Below are positions 27,364 to 36,982 of a stretch of 64,000 nucleotides of DNA, piece by piece. The notes under the pieces are model-generated. The model worked only from the letters and a program-made list of their open reading frames with translations. It was not told where the DNA came from and ran no database searches. The stretch comes from Nakamurella sp. (GTDB lineage: Bacteria; Actinomycetota; Actinomycetes; Mycobacteriales; Nakamurellaceae). Numbering within the stretch: position 1 is the first letter of the stretch; every line of letters begins with the position of its first letter. The stretch lies in the NCBI GenBank assembly GCA_039916325.1, contig JBDSLP010000168.1, positions 1,100-65,099 of the forward strand. Direction: 5' to 3'. The translations under genes were made by a program, and so were the position numbers.

Positions 27364-28343
27364 CGACCGACACCGACACCGCGGCGGACGAGCTGCGTCG
27401 CCTGCTCATCGGTCTCACCCCCACCCTGCTGCTGCGGCTGTCGATGCTGATGGTCACCGAGGTGCAGACCGACCCGGTCGCCTACGAGGTACCGGTCAGC
27501 GCGGGGTTGGCCGCAGAGCTGTTGGCCCAGTGCTCGGAGTCGGCCGGCGCCGCCGCGGATGCGGAGCTGCGGCCGGCCGACCCCGGGCTGAGCCCCAGTG
27601 CCCAGCAGTGGCTGTACTCGCCGGTCCTGTCGGACAGCACGCTGGCTGCGGTCGACGCGCTGGTCACCCGGCCGTCGCACCCGCAGTACGACCGGACGGT
27701 CGAGTTCGGCCGGAAGAGCCTGCTGGTCCTGCGGGTCCGCGACGCCGATGGCCGGGATCTCGGCCGGCTCTACCAGGCGTTCTCGCCGGAGCGAGCCCTG
27801 CAGCGGCGCAAGGTGTGGGCCTTGTGGAGCGGCGAGCAGTTCGTCTCGTTGACCGAAGAACCGCTGGTCATCGACCGCGGGCTACGACTGATCGTGCTCG
27901 GTGGGCCCCCCGCACAGACGGTGGTCATGCAGTCCGCGGCCGCCTACCAGGCGATGTTCGGCGCATTGCCGGAGTTGCGGAAACAAGCGGAGCGGACCTA
28001 TCAGGCGTCGATCGGCAAGCTCGACATCGTCGACGGCGACAAGCTGGCCCAGGCCTGCCGGTCCGACCTGAACATGATGCGCAAGCTCGCCAGTATCCAG
28101 GCCAAGCTCGACCGCCCGGGGTACGCCGACGCGGTGACGATGCCTGCTCTGATGACGTTCCTCCAGGCCCATCCGGAGATCGACGTGCCGGTCCAGGACG
28201 CCGACGGGCCGCGCCCCCGGTTGGTGTTCAGCTCGGATGCGCAACACCGATGGGTGATCCTCAAGCTGCTCGATGACGACTTCCTGCACTCCGAACTCAC
28301 CGACATCACCTACGAGGCGAACTCCAAGACCCAGCTCACCTGA
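27360..28343 (+). CDS. Soluble 327-aa protein, KwaB/DUF4868-like (putative Kiwa defence component B)
   Basis: ATG 27360 lies within ORF 26730..28343. No enzymatic motif recognised. Size, coupling to the 4-TM gene and the C-terminal ...RWVILKLLDDDFLHSELTDITYEANSKTQL fit my recollection of DUF4868 proteins. Needs an HMM check. Confidence 0.5.
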   Translation: MTTDTDTAADELRRLLIGLTPTLLLRLSMLMVTEVQTDPVAYEVPVSAGLAAELLAQCSESAGAAADAELRPADPGLSPSAQQWLYSPVLSDSTLAAVDALVTRPSHPQYDRTVEFGRKSLLVLRVRDADGRDLGRLYQAFSPERALQRRKVWALWSGEQFVSLTEEPLVIDRGLRLIVLGGPPAQTVVMQSAAAYQAMFGALPELRKQAERTYQASIGKLDIVDGDKLAQACRSDLNMMRKLASIQAKLDRPGYADAVTMPALMTFLQAHPEIDVPVQDADGPRPRLVFSSDAQHRWVILKLLDDDFLHSELTDITYEANSKTQLT

Positions 28344-29589
28344 GGACTTCCAGGCCGGCCCGCTCCGCTCGCCAGGCCGGCAGGTACAGCGGGGCCGCGA
28401 CCGCGATGACGATCCCGGCCACCACGAACGCCACCCCGATCCCGCTGCCGCCGGCCAGCGCGGTCAGCACCAGGATGCCGACGGAGGCGGCGGGCTGGGA
28501 CACCATCGAGTTGATCGACACCACGGTCGCCCGGTGCTCCGGTCCGACCTGACGGTGCAGCAGCGTGCTGTGCAGCGCGTTGGACGCGCCGTGCACCAGG
28601 TAACACGCCAGGAACGCGGTCAACAGGCCGACCACCCCGCCGACCAGGCCCATCGTCACCACGGTGGCGCCCTGGACGAGTCGGAGCAGCGCCGCGCTGC
28701 GCGCGACCCCCCACCGGCGGGCCAGCAGCAGCGCGACCGCAGACCCGGCCGCCGACGCCGCCCAGGCGGCCGAGCCGGCCGGCCCGATGACCGCCGCCGC
28801 GGTGTCGGGACTACCCAGCAGGTCGGCCAGCCGGACCGGGGTCAGTGATTCGAACGCCGGCATCCCGAAGCTCCAGAAGAGCTCCACCGACACCAGCGCG
28901 AGCAACACCTTCGACGTCCGCAACAGCGCGACACCGCCGCCGATCACCTTCGGGACTCCACGGACGCCGGCGAGGAGACCACCCTCGTCGCCGCCGCGAC
29001 GGGGTTCCGACATCAGGGCCAGGGTGAGCGGCACCAGCACGACCTGGATCACCACGGCGGCCGCCACCGGCAACGCCAGCCGTTCGATCCCGTCGAACGG
29101 CTGCCAGCTGACCAATGGCAGAGCCAGCGCCGAACCGGCCGCGATGGCGATGCTCAGCGTGGCATTGCCGGCCGACAGTCCACGCTCGATCGGGTAATCC
29201 GGCGCCGTCCGGTGGGTCGCATCGACGTACCAGGCCTCCAAAGGACCGGAATCCAGCGCCCGGAACACCCCCATCAGTGCGCTGGACACCGCAAACGCTG
29301 CCATGCTGTGGGACAGAAAATACAGCGTGGTCGCCACGATCCCGATGACCCCGGCCAGCACCAGGACCGGGCGGCGGCCCCACGAGTCGGTCAGGCCGCC
29401 GGTCGGAAGCTCCAGTACCAGCACCACCAGCCCCTGGATGGACATCACGACACCCAGCTGAGCCAGCGTCAACCCCCGTGACAGCGGGAGCAGCGCCTGC
29501 ACCGGGATCGTCAGGCCGACAGCCAGCCAGCGCAGCGACATCAGGAGCAGATACCGGCCGCGGACCTGGACAACGGAAAGGGTCTCCAC
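28336..29589 (-). CDS. MFS transporter (12-TM)
   Basis: 417 aa, hydrophobic throughout, with a GGLTDSWGRRP loop 2-3 motif. Confidence 0.85.
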   Translation of the reverse strand: METLSVVQVRGRYLLLMSLRWLAVGLTIPVQALLPLSRGLTLAQLGVVMSIQGLVVLVLELPTGGLTDSWGRRPVLVLAGVIGIVATTLYFLSHSMAAFAVSSALMGVFRALDSGPLEAWYVDATHRTAPDYPIERGLSAGNATLSIAIAAGSALALPLVSWQPFDGIERLALPVAAAVVIQVVLVPLTLALMSEPRRGGDEGGLLAGVRGVPKVIGGGVALLRTSKVLLALVSVELFWSFGMPAFESLTPVRLADLLGSPDTAAAVIGPAGSAAWAASAAGSAVALLLARRWGVARSAALLRLVQGATVVTMGLVGGVVGLLTAFLACYLVHGASNALHSTLLHRQVGPEHRATVVSINSMVSQPAASVGILVLTALAGGSGIGVAFVVAGIVIAVAAPLYLPAWRAERAGLEVLR

Positions 29590-29814
29590 TCAGGCGACCA
29601 CGACGTTCGGCGAGACAGGCTCGTGGGCGGGTGTCGTTCGCGTGGTCATCCGCCGCCTCCCTGTCGTGATGACGCACGGTGCACCGGGCGCTCGACGTGC
29701 TCTGCCCGATCGTGGATCACCGCGTCTCTGACATCTTCTCATCGCGCGGTAGTGAACACGTAGCACGGAGTGATTTTCGTCGAGCAGCACCGGTTTCGTT
29801 CCGATGACGGGCGC

Positions 29815-30246
29815 TCAGCTGGTGGTCGCGGCGATCGCGGCAAGCCCCGTCGATCGGTTGACGTAAGCGAACTGATGCGAGCGCACCCCTGGCCACCGGC
29901 GACGCAGTACATCCAACTGGTCGTCGGGGAGCCCACACACCGCGAAGGCGATCCGCCGCCCCTGAGCCCGGGTCGAGGTGAGTACCGCGATCTCGAGTCC
30001 GCGGCGGGACCAGCACGTCACCCCGGCAGCATCGACGACGATGCCTCGGACCCCGGCGTCGAAGAGGGTGTCGATGGCAGACAGCAGCGGATCGAGGGTG
30101 TCGGGGACAGCCGCACCGCGCAGGGTGAGACACCCGATACCGTCCGTCGTTCCGGAGCTGACGGTCAGCGTGCGGTCAGTGCTGGGGGGAGGCGTCCGCA
30201 TCAGCGGGATCGTGCGATGAGCGGACATGTGGGCGGCCACTGCCAA
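29815..30246 (-). CDS. STAS-domain protein (anti-sigma-factor antagonist-like)
   Basis: ...LTLRGAAVPDTLDPLLSAIDTLFDAGVRGIVVDAAGVTCWSRRGLEI... is a typical SpoIIAA/STAS layout. Start is uncertain. Confidence 0.6.
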   Translation of the reverse strand: MAVAAHMSAHRTIPLMRTPPPSTDRTLTVSSGTTDGIGCLTLRGAAVPDTLDPLLSAIDTLFDAGVRGIVVDAAGVTCWSRRGLEIAVLTSTRAQGRRIAFAVCGLPDDQLDVLRRRWPGVRSHQFAYVNRSTGLAAIAATTS

Positions 30247-30400
30247 CCTCCATCCGGCCCCCGTCCATGAGGGTCTTCGCCATACGACCGAAACTACCGC
30301 TCTGGTCGGCGTCCTTCATGGTACGAATGGGCGACGACGCGGAGGGTATTGACACGGCGAACGAGTAGACTCCCACCGATCGGCCGCTGGACCGCGAACG

Positions 30401-31786
30401 TCAGCGGAACAGGTTCACGACCCTGGACCGGGTGGCGTCCAGCTGATGGGCGAGCATCGCCGCGTTGTACCGGCCGGCGTCGCGGATGGCGCTGGCATGG
30501 CTGCCGCCGGGGATGTCGATCACCCTGAGGTCGAGATCATCGGCCGTCGCGAGCCTGGTCAGGACCGTCTCGACCTGGTCCACGTTGACCGTGTTGTCGT
30601 CGGCGCCGACTTCAGGACGCAGATACACCAGGTCGGTGCCCGCCGGGAGTTGAGCCAGCACCCGCGCCGCGTCGAACCGCCGGATCACGCCGTACTGGTC
30701 CCGCACCAAGGCAGTGGAGACCCCGGTCGGGTTCAACTTCTCGCGCCAGACCTCACTCCATTTGTAGGCGAATCGATGGCCGTCCACCCGGAGGAACGGG
30801 TACGGGCCCGTCGACCACTGCTTGCGTTGCACGAGCAGCTCGCCGGCCAGGCGGGTCACGGCTCCGCCGTCGGTGCCGACCGTCTCGCTGAGCCCGGTGA
30901 GAAAGTCGGCGCGGGCCCGCGCGGCCGACCGGACGTCAGCGACGCCCATTGGAGTGCAATCCAGGTAGATGGTGTCGATCTGGGGCATCAGGTGTCCCGG
31001 TGGGTACTGCCGGGGATCTGCGAATCGCCGCTGGAAGTGCCCGGCGATGTTGAGGAGGACATCCCCACCCATGCTGTTGCCGTAGAGCACCAGTCGCCGG
31101 GGTTGATAGCGCTGGAACAGAGCATCGAACTTGGCTTCGACGTCCTCGTCGTAGATCCCGCTCCCGTAGACCAGGCTGAACACCCGGGTGTCCGGGCCGG
31201 ACAGTGAGGGCGAGAGGGCAGCCGCCACCAGATTGCCGCTCTTCCGGTTGAGCCCGGCGGCCACGATGGTCATCGTCGAGCGGTAGTCCGAGTCGTCCAC
31301 CGATTCGCCCCACTCGACGAATTGCGAGCCGGCGGTCGGCCACACCACGATCGCGGACACCTGCTGGTCGGTCCGCAGGACCACGTATCCCGAGGCGGCC
31401 ACGGCGGTCAGCAGAACGAAGACGAACCACCACCGGGATCGACCGCCGGCCCGACGGCGCGCCGCCGCAGCGCATCGGTCCCGACGGATCTCCGACGTCC
31501 CCGCGGCGGCGGCGGGGACGGCGCTCAGGTTGCCCACTGTGGCGACCACTCGGTCGAAGCTGTGCCGTTGCTCGACCGCCGGTTCCAGAATCGACCCGGT
31601 GGCCGGATGCGGGGCCCGGTGCTGCTGCGCGTCGACCGGACCCGCATCGACCACCGGATCGGTCCGGGCCGCCGGACGGCAACCTGCGGGGCGCTCCGGC
31701 ACCACCTCGCCGTCACCCCGCACGGGGGTCTGAGTCAGTCCGGCCATCGAAGCCACCGGGGCATCGGATACCAGGACATCGTCCAA
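30401..31786 (-). CDS. Membrane-anchored alpha/beta-hydrolase-like protein, function unknown
   Basis: Single TM (RWWFVFVLLTAVAASGYVVL), then LVLYGNSMGGDVLL (GxSxG). The low-complexity N-terminus makes the start uncertain. Confidence 0.55.
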   Translation of the reverse strand: MDDVLVSDAPVASMAGLTQTPVRGDGEVVPERPAGCRPAARTDPVVDAGPVDAQQHRAPHPATGSILEPAVEQRHSFDRVVATVGNLSAVPAAAAGTSEIRRDRCAAAARRRAGGRSRWWFVFVLLTAVAASGYVVLRTDQQVSAIVVWPTAGSQFVEWGESVDDSDYRSTMTIVAAGLNRKSGNLVAAALSPSLSGPDTRVFSLVYGSGIYDEDVEAKFDALFQRYQPRRLVLYGNSMGGDVLLNIAGHFQRRFADPRQYPPGHLMPQIDTIYLDCTPMGVADVRSAARARADFLTGLSETVGTDGGAVTRLAGELLVQRKQWSTGPYPFLRVDGHRFAYKWSEVWREKLNPTGVSTALVRDQYGVIRRFDAARVLAQLPAGTDLVYLRPEVGADDNTVNVDQVETVLTRLATADDLDLRVIDIPGGSHASAIRDAGRYNAAMLAHQLDATRSRVVNLFR

Positions 31787-31871
31787 CGGTACGTCCCGGC
31801 GATGGGCCGAACGGGGCGATCAGGTCACAACGGGGTGGGGCGCACGCCCGTCCGCGGGTTCACCGGTGGGT

Positions 31872-32309
31872 TCAGTCGGTGCGGGTGACCGGCGACTCGG
31901 CCAGCGCAGCGTCGATGACCAGGCCGTAGCCGATCGCGGCCAGCCACACGTCCTTGGCCAAGCCGATGCCGTCCGGCGTCGGTCGCAGGTACTTGTCGTG
32001 CATCGCCGGCGAACGGACGTACAGCCCGACCAGCCCGGTCGCGAACGCGCTCAGACCCAGACCCACGAGACCGGCCGGTGCAACCGGCAGCAGCAGGGCG
32101 GCACCGAGGACGACCTCGCCGGCCCCGAGTGCCTTCAGGAAGGTGGTCGGCTCGACCTTCTTCAGGAACGGGTACGCCCCTACCGCCGTTCCGTGTATCC
32201 AAGCCGCCTCGTCGGGGCCGCCCTTGATCTTGCCCAGCCCGCTGTTCAGGATGTATGCGCCGGCAGCAGCCCGGACGGGTGCGCGGCGCAGTTTGGCGGC
32301 GAGTGACAT
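31872..32309 (-). CDS. Small DoxX-like integral membrane protein
   Basis: 145 aa from ATG 32309, which is the 3' end of the spurious 629-aa ORF. 3-4 hydrophobic helices (GAGEVVLGAALLLPVAPAGLVGLGLSAFATGLVGLY). Confidence 0.6.
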   Translation of the reverse strand: MSLAAKLRRAPVRAAAGAYILNSGLGKIKGGPDEAAWIHGTAVGAYPFLKKVEPTTFLKALGAGEVVLGAALLLPVAPAGLVGLGLSAFATGLVGLYVRSPAMHDKYLRPTPDGIGLAKDVWLAAIGYGLVIDAALAESPVTRTD

Positions 32310-32588
32310 GGCGTTCCTCGATCTGTCCGTGGTGGCTCGGATAGTGGATGCCGGTGACCGGCCCGCTGATTCTGTACCCAGGTCGCCGAGGGATCGACGT
32401 CGACCCAGGGAAACCGACGGATTCGGCCCAACAGCCCCGACCGCCAGCCATACTGGTAAGACCTTATGCGTCGAAACGTCATCGTATTTCACTCGGTCGA
32501 GGTGGCACGGTCCCAACGCCGACATCGAGATGGCACCAAACGGCGTGTTCACCGGTAGTCGCTCGGACCCGATCAACCGAAGGACGCC

Positions 32589-34907
32589 GTGACCACCTCG
32601 CTGACATCGCGGACACCGACACGGTGGCTGCCCGGTGTCGCAGCCGTGATCATCGTGGTGATCGGTATCGTTTTCGGCACGTCGACCCCGGGCAGTCCGG
32701 GAATCACCGCCTTCGGTGACGCGACCCAGTTGGCGCTCTCGGCAGCGGCCGGCATCTCCGCTCTGTTCACGGTCCGCCGATCCACCGGGCGGCTTCGTGC
32801 ATCGTGGACCTGGATCGCGGCCGGCGTGCTCGGTTGGTCGGTCGGCCAACTGATCTGGACCTGGTCCGAGCTGGTGCTCCACGCCGATCCGTTCCCGTCG
32901 GCGGCCGACGTCGGCTACCTGGCGTTCCCGGTCTGCGTCGCGATCGGCCTGTGGATGTTCCCCACCTCGCAGCCGCCCGGGATCCGGCTGCGCAACGTGC
33001 TGGACGGACTGGTGGTGGTCAGCGCCCTGCTGGCCATCTCGTGGTCGACGGTGCTCGCGACGACCTTCGCGGTCAACAGCGGCGAGACCGTGGGACCGTT
33101 GCTGGTGTCCATCGCCTACCCCATCGGCGACGTGCTGTTCATCGGCATGACGATCTACTCGCTGACCCGCCCGAGCCCGCACCGCCGGACGCAGGTGCTG
33201 TTGGCGGCGGCGATGGTGGCGATGGCCGCGTCCGACACCCCGTTCACCTACCTCAGCGCCATCGGCACCTACGAGACCGGCAGCCTGCTCGACCTGGGCT
33301 GGGTGGCGGCATTCGGGTTGATCGCCGTGACGGCCATCCGGTCCCGCGACGTCGAGACCGCCGCCGACGACGAGAAGCTTGCGACCCACGACGCGCCCTT
33401 CATCGTCCCGTACGTGCCGCTGCTCGTGGCAGCCGTCGTGGTGGTCGGGGTGAACATCACCACCGGCCGGACGCTCGGACCCGTCGAGCTGACCTGTTTC
33501 GCGGTCGCGACCGTCGCAGTCATCGGCCGGCAGTACCTCACCACGGTGGAAAACCGTCGACTGATCGCGGAAGTGGCCGCACGGGAGGACCAGCTCCGCC
33601 GACAGGCCACGATGGATCTGCTGACCGGGCTGACCAACCGTGCGCTGTTCAACGACCGGGTGGGTCATGCACTGGAGCTGCACCGGCGGGACATGCGGCC
33701 GTTGGCGATCATGTTCTGCGACCTGGATGATTTCAAGGCGGTCAACGACACCTTCGGCCACGCCGCGGGTGACGAACTGCTGATTCGCGTCAGCGACCGG
33801 CTCCGCGGTGCCCTACGCACCGGGGACACCCTGGCCCGGTTCGGCGGCGACGAGTTCGCCATCCTCATCGAGGACGGCGGTGAATCCACCGCCGTCGGCG
33901 CCCGCATCATCGAGTCGCTGCGGCCGCCGTTCGCCATCGTCGGCAGCATGATCACGGTCCGGATGAGCGTGGGCATGATCGAGGTCGGACCGGACGATCC
34001 GTGCCCGACGCTGGAATCATTGTTGGCCAACGCCGACCACGCGATGTACTCGGCGAAACGGTCCGGCAAGGGCAAGCTCGCGCTCTACGACCCGACCATG
34101 ATGGCGCCGAATGTCCTGGACCTGCCGTTGCAGCGGCCGCTGGCGGCGGCGATCCTGGCCGGCGGCATCGGCGCGGAGTATCAGCCGGTCGTTTCGTTGT
34201 CCGACGGTCTGGTGGTCGGCCTGGAGGCACTGGCCCGCTGGCAGCACGAGGACATCGACATCCCACCCAGCCAGTTCGTCCCGCTCGCCCTGCGATCAGG
34301 CCTGATCGGCGGCCTCACGACGAACACGCTGCGCACCGCCTGCGCGGACCTGGCCGCCTGGTCGGCCCGGCTCGGGCACCGCGACCTGCGGGTAGCGGTC
34401 AACGTGCCACCGGCGTTGATCACCGATCCCGGCTTCCCGGACGTACTGGCCGAGGTGCTGTCCCAGCACGCGATCAACGCCGACCAGGTGGTCCTGGAGA
34501 TCACCGAGGAGGCCCTGCTCGGAGACGTGTCCACCGCTAAGTCGGTGACCCGGGCGTTGGCCGGTCTCGGGATACCGCTGGCCCTGGACGACTTCGGCAA
34601 AGGCTACTCGTCGCTGGTGCACCTACAGCACATCCCGCTGCGGATCCTCAAGATCGACATGGCGTTCGTGGCCGAGATCGACCGTGACCGGCGGGCCGAG
34701 CGGCTGGTCCGGGCCCTGCTCGGGCTCGGTCGGGACCTCGGCCTTGACGTGGTCGCCGAGGGCGTCGAACGCGTGTCACAGGCCGACGTCCTACGCGAAC
34801 TCGGCTGTCCCTTCGCCCAGGGCACGCTGTTCGCGAGCCCACGGTCGGCGGTGGATGCCTTCGACCTGCTCGGTCGCCCGCTGGGCGTGGACATCCCGGC
34901 CGCCTGA
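32589..34907 (+). CDS. Multi-TM sensor protein with GGDEF and EAL domains (c-di-GMP cyclase/phosphodiesterase)
   Basis: About 8-9 TM segments, RTGD (RxxD I-site) five residues before ARFGGDEF, then EYQPVV...EALARW...DDFGKGYSS...KIDMAFV...AEGVE...QG EAL motifs. Confidence 0.9.
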   Translation: MTTSLTSRTPTRWLPGVAAVIIVVIGIVFGTSTPGSPGITAFGDATQLALSAAAGISALFTVRRSTGRLRASWTWIAAGVLGWSVGQLIWTWSELVLHADPFPSAADVGYLAFPVCVAIGLWMFPTSQPPGIRLRNVLDGLVVVSALLAISWSTVLATTFAVNSGETVGPLLVSIAYPIGDVLFIGMTIYSLTRPSPHRRTQVLLAAAMVAMAASDTPFTYLSAIGTYETGSLLDLGWVAAFGLIAVTAIRSRDVETAADDEKLATHDAPFIVPYVPLLVAAVVVVGVNITTGRTLGPVELTCFAVATVAVIGRQYLTTVENRRLIAEVAAREDQLRRQATMDLLTGLTNRALFNDRVGHALELHRRDMRPLAIMFCDLDDFKAVNDTFGHAAGDELLIRVSDRLRGALRTGDTLARFGGDEFAILIEDGGESTAVGARIIESLRPPFAIVGSMITVRMSVGMIEVGPDDPCPTLESLLANADHAMYSAKRSGKGKLALYDPTMMAPNVLDLPLQRPLAAAILAGGIGAEYQPVVSLSDGLVVGLEALARWQHEDIDIPPSQFVPLALRSGLIGGLTTNTLRTACADLAAWSARLGHRDLRVAVNVPPALITDPGFPDVLAEVLSQHAINADQVVLEITEEALLGDVSTAKSVTRALAGLGIPLALDDFGKGYSSLVHLQHIPLRILKIDMAFVAEIDRDRRAERLVRALLGLGRDLGLDVVAEGVERVSQADVLRELGCPFAQGTLFASPRSAVDAFDLLGRPLGVDIPAA

Positions 34908-34914
34908 CGGTCGG

Positions 34915-35643
34915 TCAGGAGACGAAGGCGAGCAGCTCCCGTTCGAGTGCCCCGCCCGGTTCGGCGGCACCCTTCTCGTCGGACAGGTCCAGCAGTTTCG
35001 CCGACGACAGGGCCGCCGCGAGCTGGTGCAGCCGGGAGCGGGTGTCGGCACGCGAGCCGCCCAGGTCGAGCAACAACACGTCGGCCTCGATCGCGGACAG
35101 CCCGTCCCACCAAGCCTGGTCACTCTTGGCCAGGCTCTCCAACAGATGCCGGGCGCGGCCGAAGCCACCCACGTTCTGCAGGATCCGGCCCCGGCGGACG
35201 GTGGTGTAGGCCCCGCTGAGCGCCATCGCAGCCCCCATCCGGGCGGTGGCCCGACCACCCGCGGCCGGCGGCGTCATCGGATCCTGCAGCACGATCCGGC
35301 GAAATCGCTCCGGCCGCTGCGCGGCGAGGCCGAGCGCCAGGTACCCGCCGAAGCCGTGACCGACGACGTCGACCGGGTCCTCGATGGTCCGGTCGACGAA
35401 TTCCTGCAGGTGGTCCAGGAGCTCCGGCATCTCCCCGGCGATCGGGTCGCTCTGCGCGAAGCCCGGCAGGTCGGGAGCGACGGCTTCTCGCCCGATGTCC
35501 ACGATGGCGCTGGTCAGGCCCGCGAAGGAGGCGCCGCAGCCGCCGATGTCATGCAGCAACAGCAACGGGCGGCCGGTGCCGGCACACCGAATCCGGACCA
35601 TGTGGTCACCGATGTACACGTCGTGCGCCAAACTGAAAGCCAC
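34915..35643 (-). CDS. Alpha/beta-fold hydrolase
   Basis: 242 aa with PLLLLHDIGG and VVGHGFGGYLAL (GxGxG variant of the nucleophile elbow). Confidence 0.7.
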   Translation of the reverse strand: MAFSLAHDVYIGDHMVRIRCAGTGRPLLLLHDIGGCGASFAGLTSAIVDIGREAVAPDLPGFAQSDPIAGEMPELLDHLQEFVDRTIEDPVDVVGHGFGGYLALGLAAQRPERFRRIVLQDPMTPPAAGGRATARMGAAMALSGAYTTVRRGRILQNVGGFGRARHLLESLAKSDQAWWDGLSAIEADVLLLDLGGSRADTRSRLHQLAAALSSAKLLDLSDEKGAAEPGGALERELLAFVS

Positions 35644-35813
35644 GGTGGGACCATCCTCGTCGATGGGTGCGGCGCGGGCCCGTCACGGACCCGGAGAACA
35701 ACGCACCGCCGCCCACCCGGATCGTTCCGGCGGCGGCAGTGGATGGATCACCCTACCGCGCAGGCCCCCCACCGCGTCCGGACGGAAGATCAACGCCGTT
35801 CTACCCTTGGCGG

Positions 35814-36092
35814 ATGTGCCGCAACATCACCGAGCTGCGCGGGCTCGTCCCCGCCGCCACCCCCGTCGAGGTCGAAGCCGCCGCGCGGCAGTACGTCCGC
35901 AAGATCAGCGGTATCCAGAAGGTGACCGACCAGACCCGCGCACCGTTCGAGACCGCGGTCGCCGAGATCGCCGCCATCACCGGTCGCTTGCTCGGCCAAC
36001 TCCCGGATCGACGCCAGCCCCCCGCGACGGTGCCGCCACTGCGCCGACCCGAGGTGCTGGCCCGGATGGCCGCCCGCGCGACGGGCACCTGA
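35814..36092 (+). CDS. DUF2277-domain protein
   Basis: MCRNITELRGLVPAATPVEVEAAARQYVRKISG... is the characteristic MCRNI start of the DUF2277 family. Confidence 0.7.
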   Translation: MCRNITELRGLVPAATPVEVEAAARQYVRKISGIQKVTDQTRAPFETAVAEIAAITGRLLGQLPDRRQPPATVPPLRRPEVLARMAARATGT

Positions 36093-36093
36093 G

Positions 36094-36936
36094 GTGCCCC
36101 GGGCGGCGCAGCTGACGGGACCGGACGCGCACCACGGTGAGGGTCCGGTGTGGTCGCCGTCCTGGGGCGGACTGCGCTGGGTGGATGTGCTCCGTGGGGC
36201 GATCCTGCACCTTGAGTCCGACGGCTCGGTCTCGCGCTGGCCGGTCGGGGAGGTGGCGGCGGCGTTTCGTCCGCGCGCCGGCGGCGGGGTCGTGATCGCC
36301 ACCGAGCGGGAATTCGTGGTCGCCGACGTCGCCGACGGTCCGCTGCGGTCGCTGGTCACCGCCTTCGACGATCCGCGGATCCGATTCAACGACGGCAGCT
36401 GCGACCCGGCCGGGAACTTCCTCTGCGGGACGATGGCCTACGAGGAAACGCCCGAAGCCGGCACGCTCTACCGGTTGTCGCCCACCGGCGGGCTGGGCGT
36501 GGTGTTGCGCGGGGTGACGATCTCCAACGGTCTGGCCTGGACCGCCGACGGCTCCCGTGCCTACTACAACGACACCCCGACGGGGCAGGTCGACGTCTTC
36601 GACTCAGATGCCTCCGGGGCGTTGACCGGCCGTCGCCGCTTCGTCGCGATCGACGGCGGTTCGCCGGACGGACTCACCGTGGATGCCGAGGGCGGTGTCT
36701 GGGTCGCTCTCTGGGGCGGGGGTGCCGTGCACCACTACACCCCGGACGGCCGGCTCGCCGACGTCATCGAATTGGCGGCGAGCAGAGTCACCGCCTGCAC
36801 CTTCGGCGGCGACGACCTGGACGAGCTGTTCATCACCACGTCTGCCGAAGGCGACGAGGACAACCCGGTGGCGGGAGCGGTGTTCTGCCACCCGGCCGGG
36901 GTGCGCGGACTGCCGGCGGCGACCTTCGCGGGGTGA
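36094..36936 (+). CDS. SMP-30/gluconolactonase/LRE-family protein
   Basis: GEGPVWSP...RFNDG.CDP.G...SNGLAW..DG...Y..DT...PDG...D..G..WVA beta-propeller motifs. Confidence 0.85.
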   Translation: MPRAAQLTGPDAHHGEGPVWSPSWGGLRWVDVLRGAILHLESDGSVSRWPVGEVAAAFRPRAGGGVVIATEREFVVADVADGPLRSLVTAFDDPRIRFNDGSCDPAGNFLCGTMAYEETPEAGTLYRLSPTGGLGVVLRGVTISNGLAWTADGSRAYYNDTPTGQVDVFDSDASGALTGRRRFVAIDGGSPDGLTVDAEGGVWVALWGGGAVHHYTPDGRLADVIELAASRVTACTFGGDDLDELFITTSAEGDEDNPVAGAVFCHPAGVRGLPAATFAG

Positions 36937-36982
36937 GTCGGCTGACTGGGCTGAGTCAGCTCCTCACGACTGCGCAGAGACG

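Noticed and set aside
30349-30371. TTGACA ... TAGACT promoter-like hexamers
   Set aside because: The spacer is only 11 nt, too short for a sigma-70-type promoter. The hexamers are on the plus strand with no plus-strand gene downstream.
31872-33761. 629-aa minus-strand ORF
   Set aside because: It is antisense to the GGDEF-EAL gene for most of its length. Only the terminal 145 codons (31872-32309) form a plausible small membrane protein.
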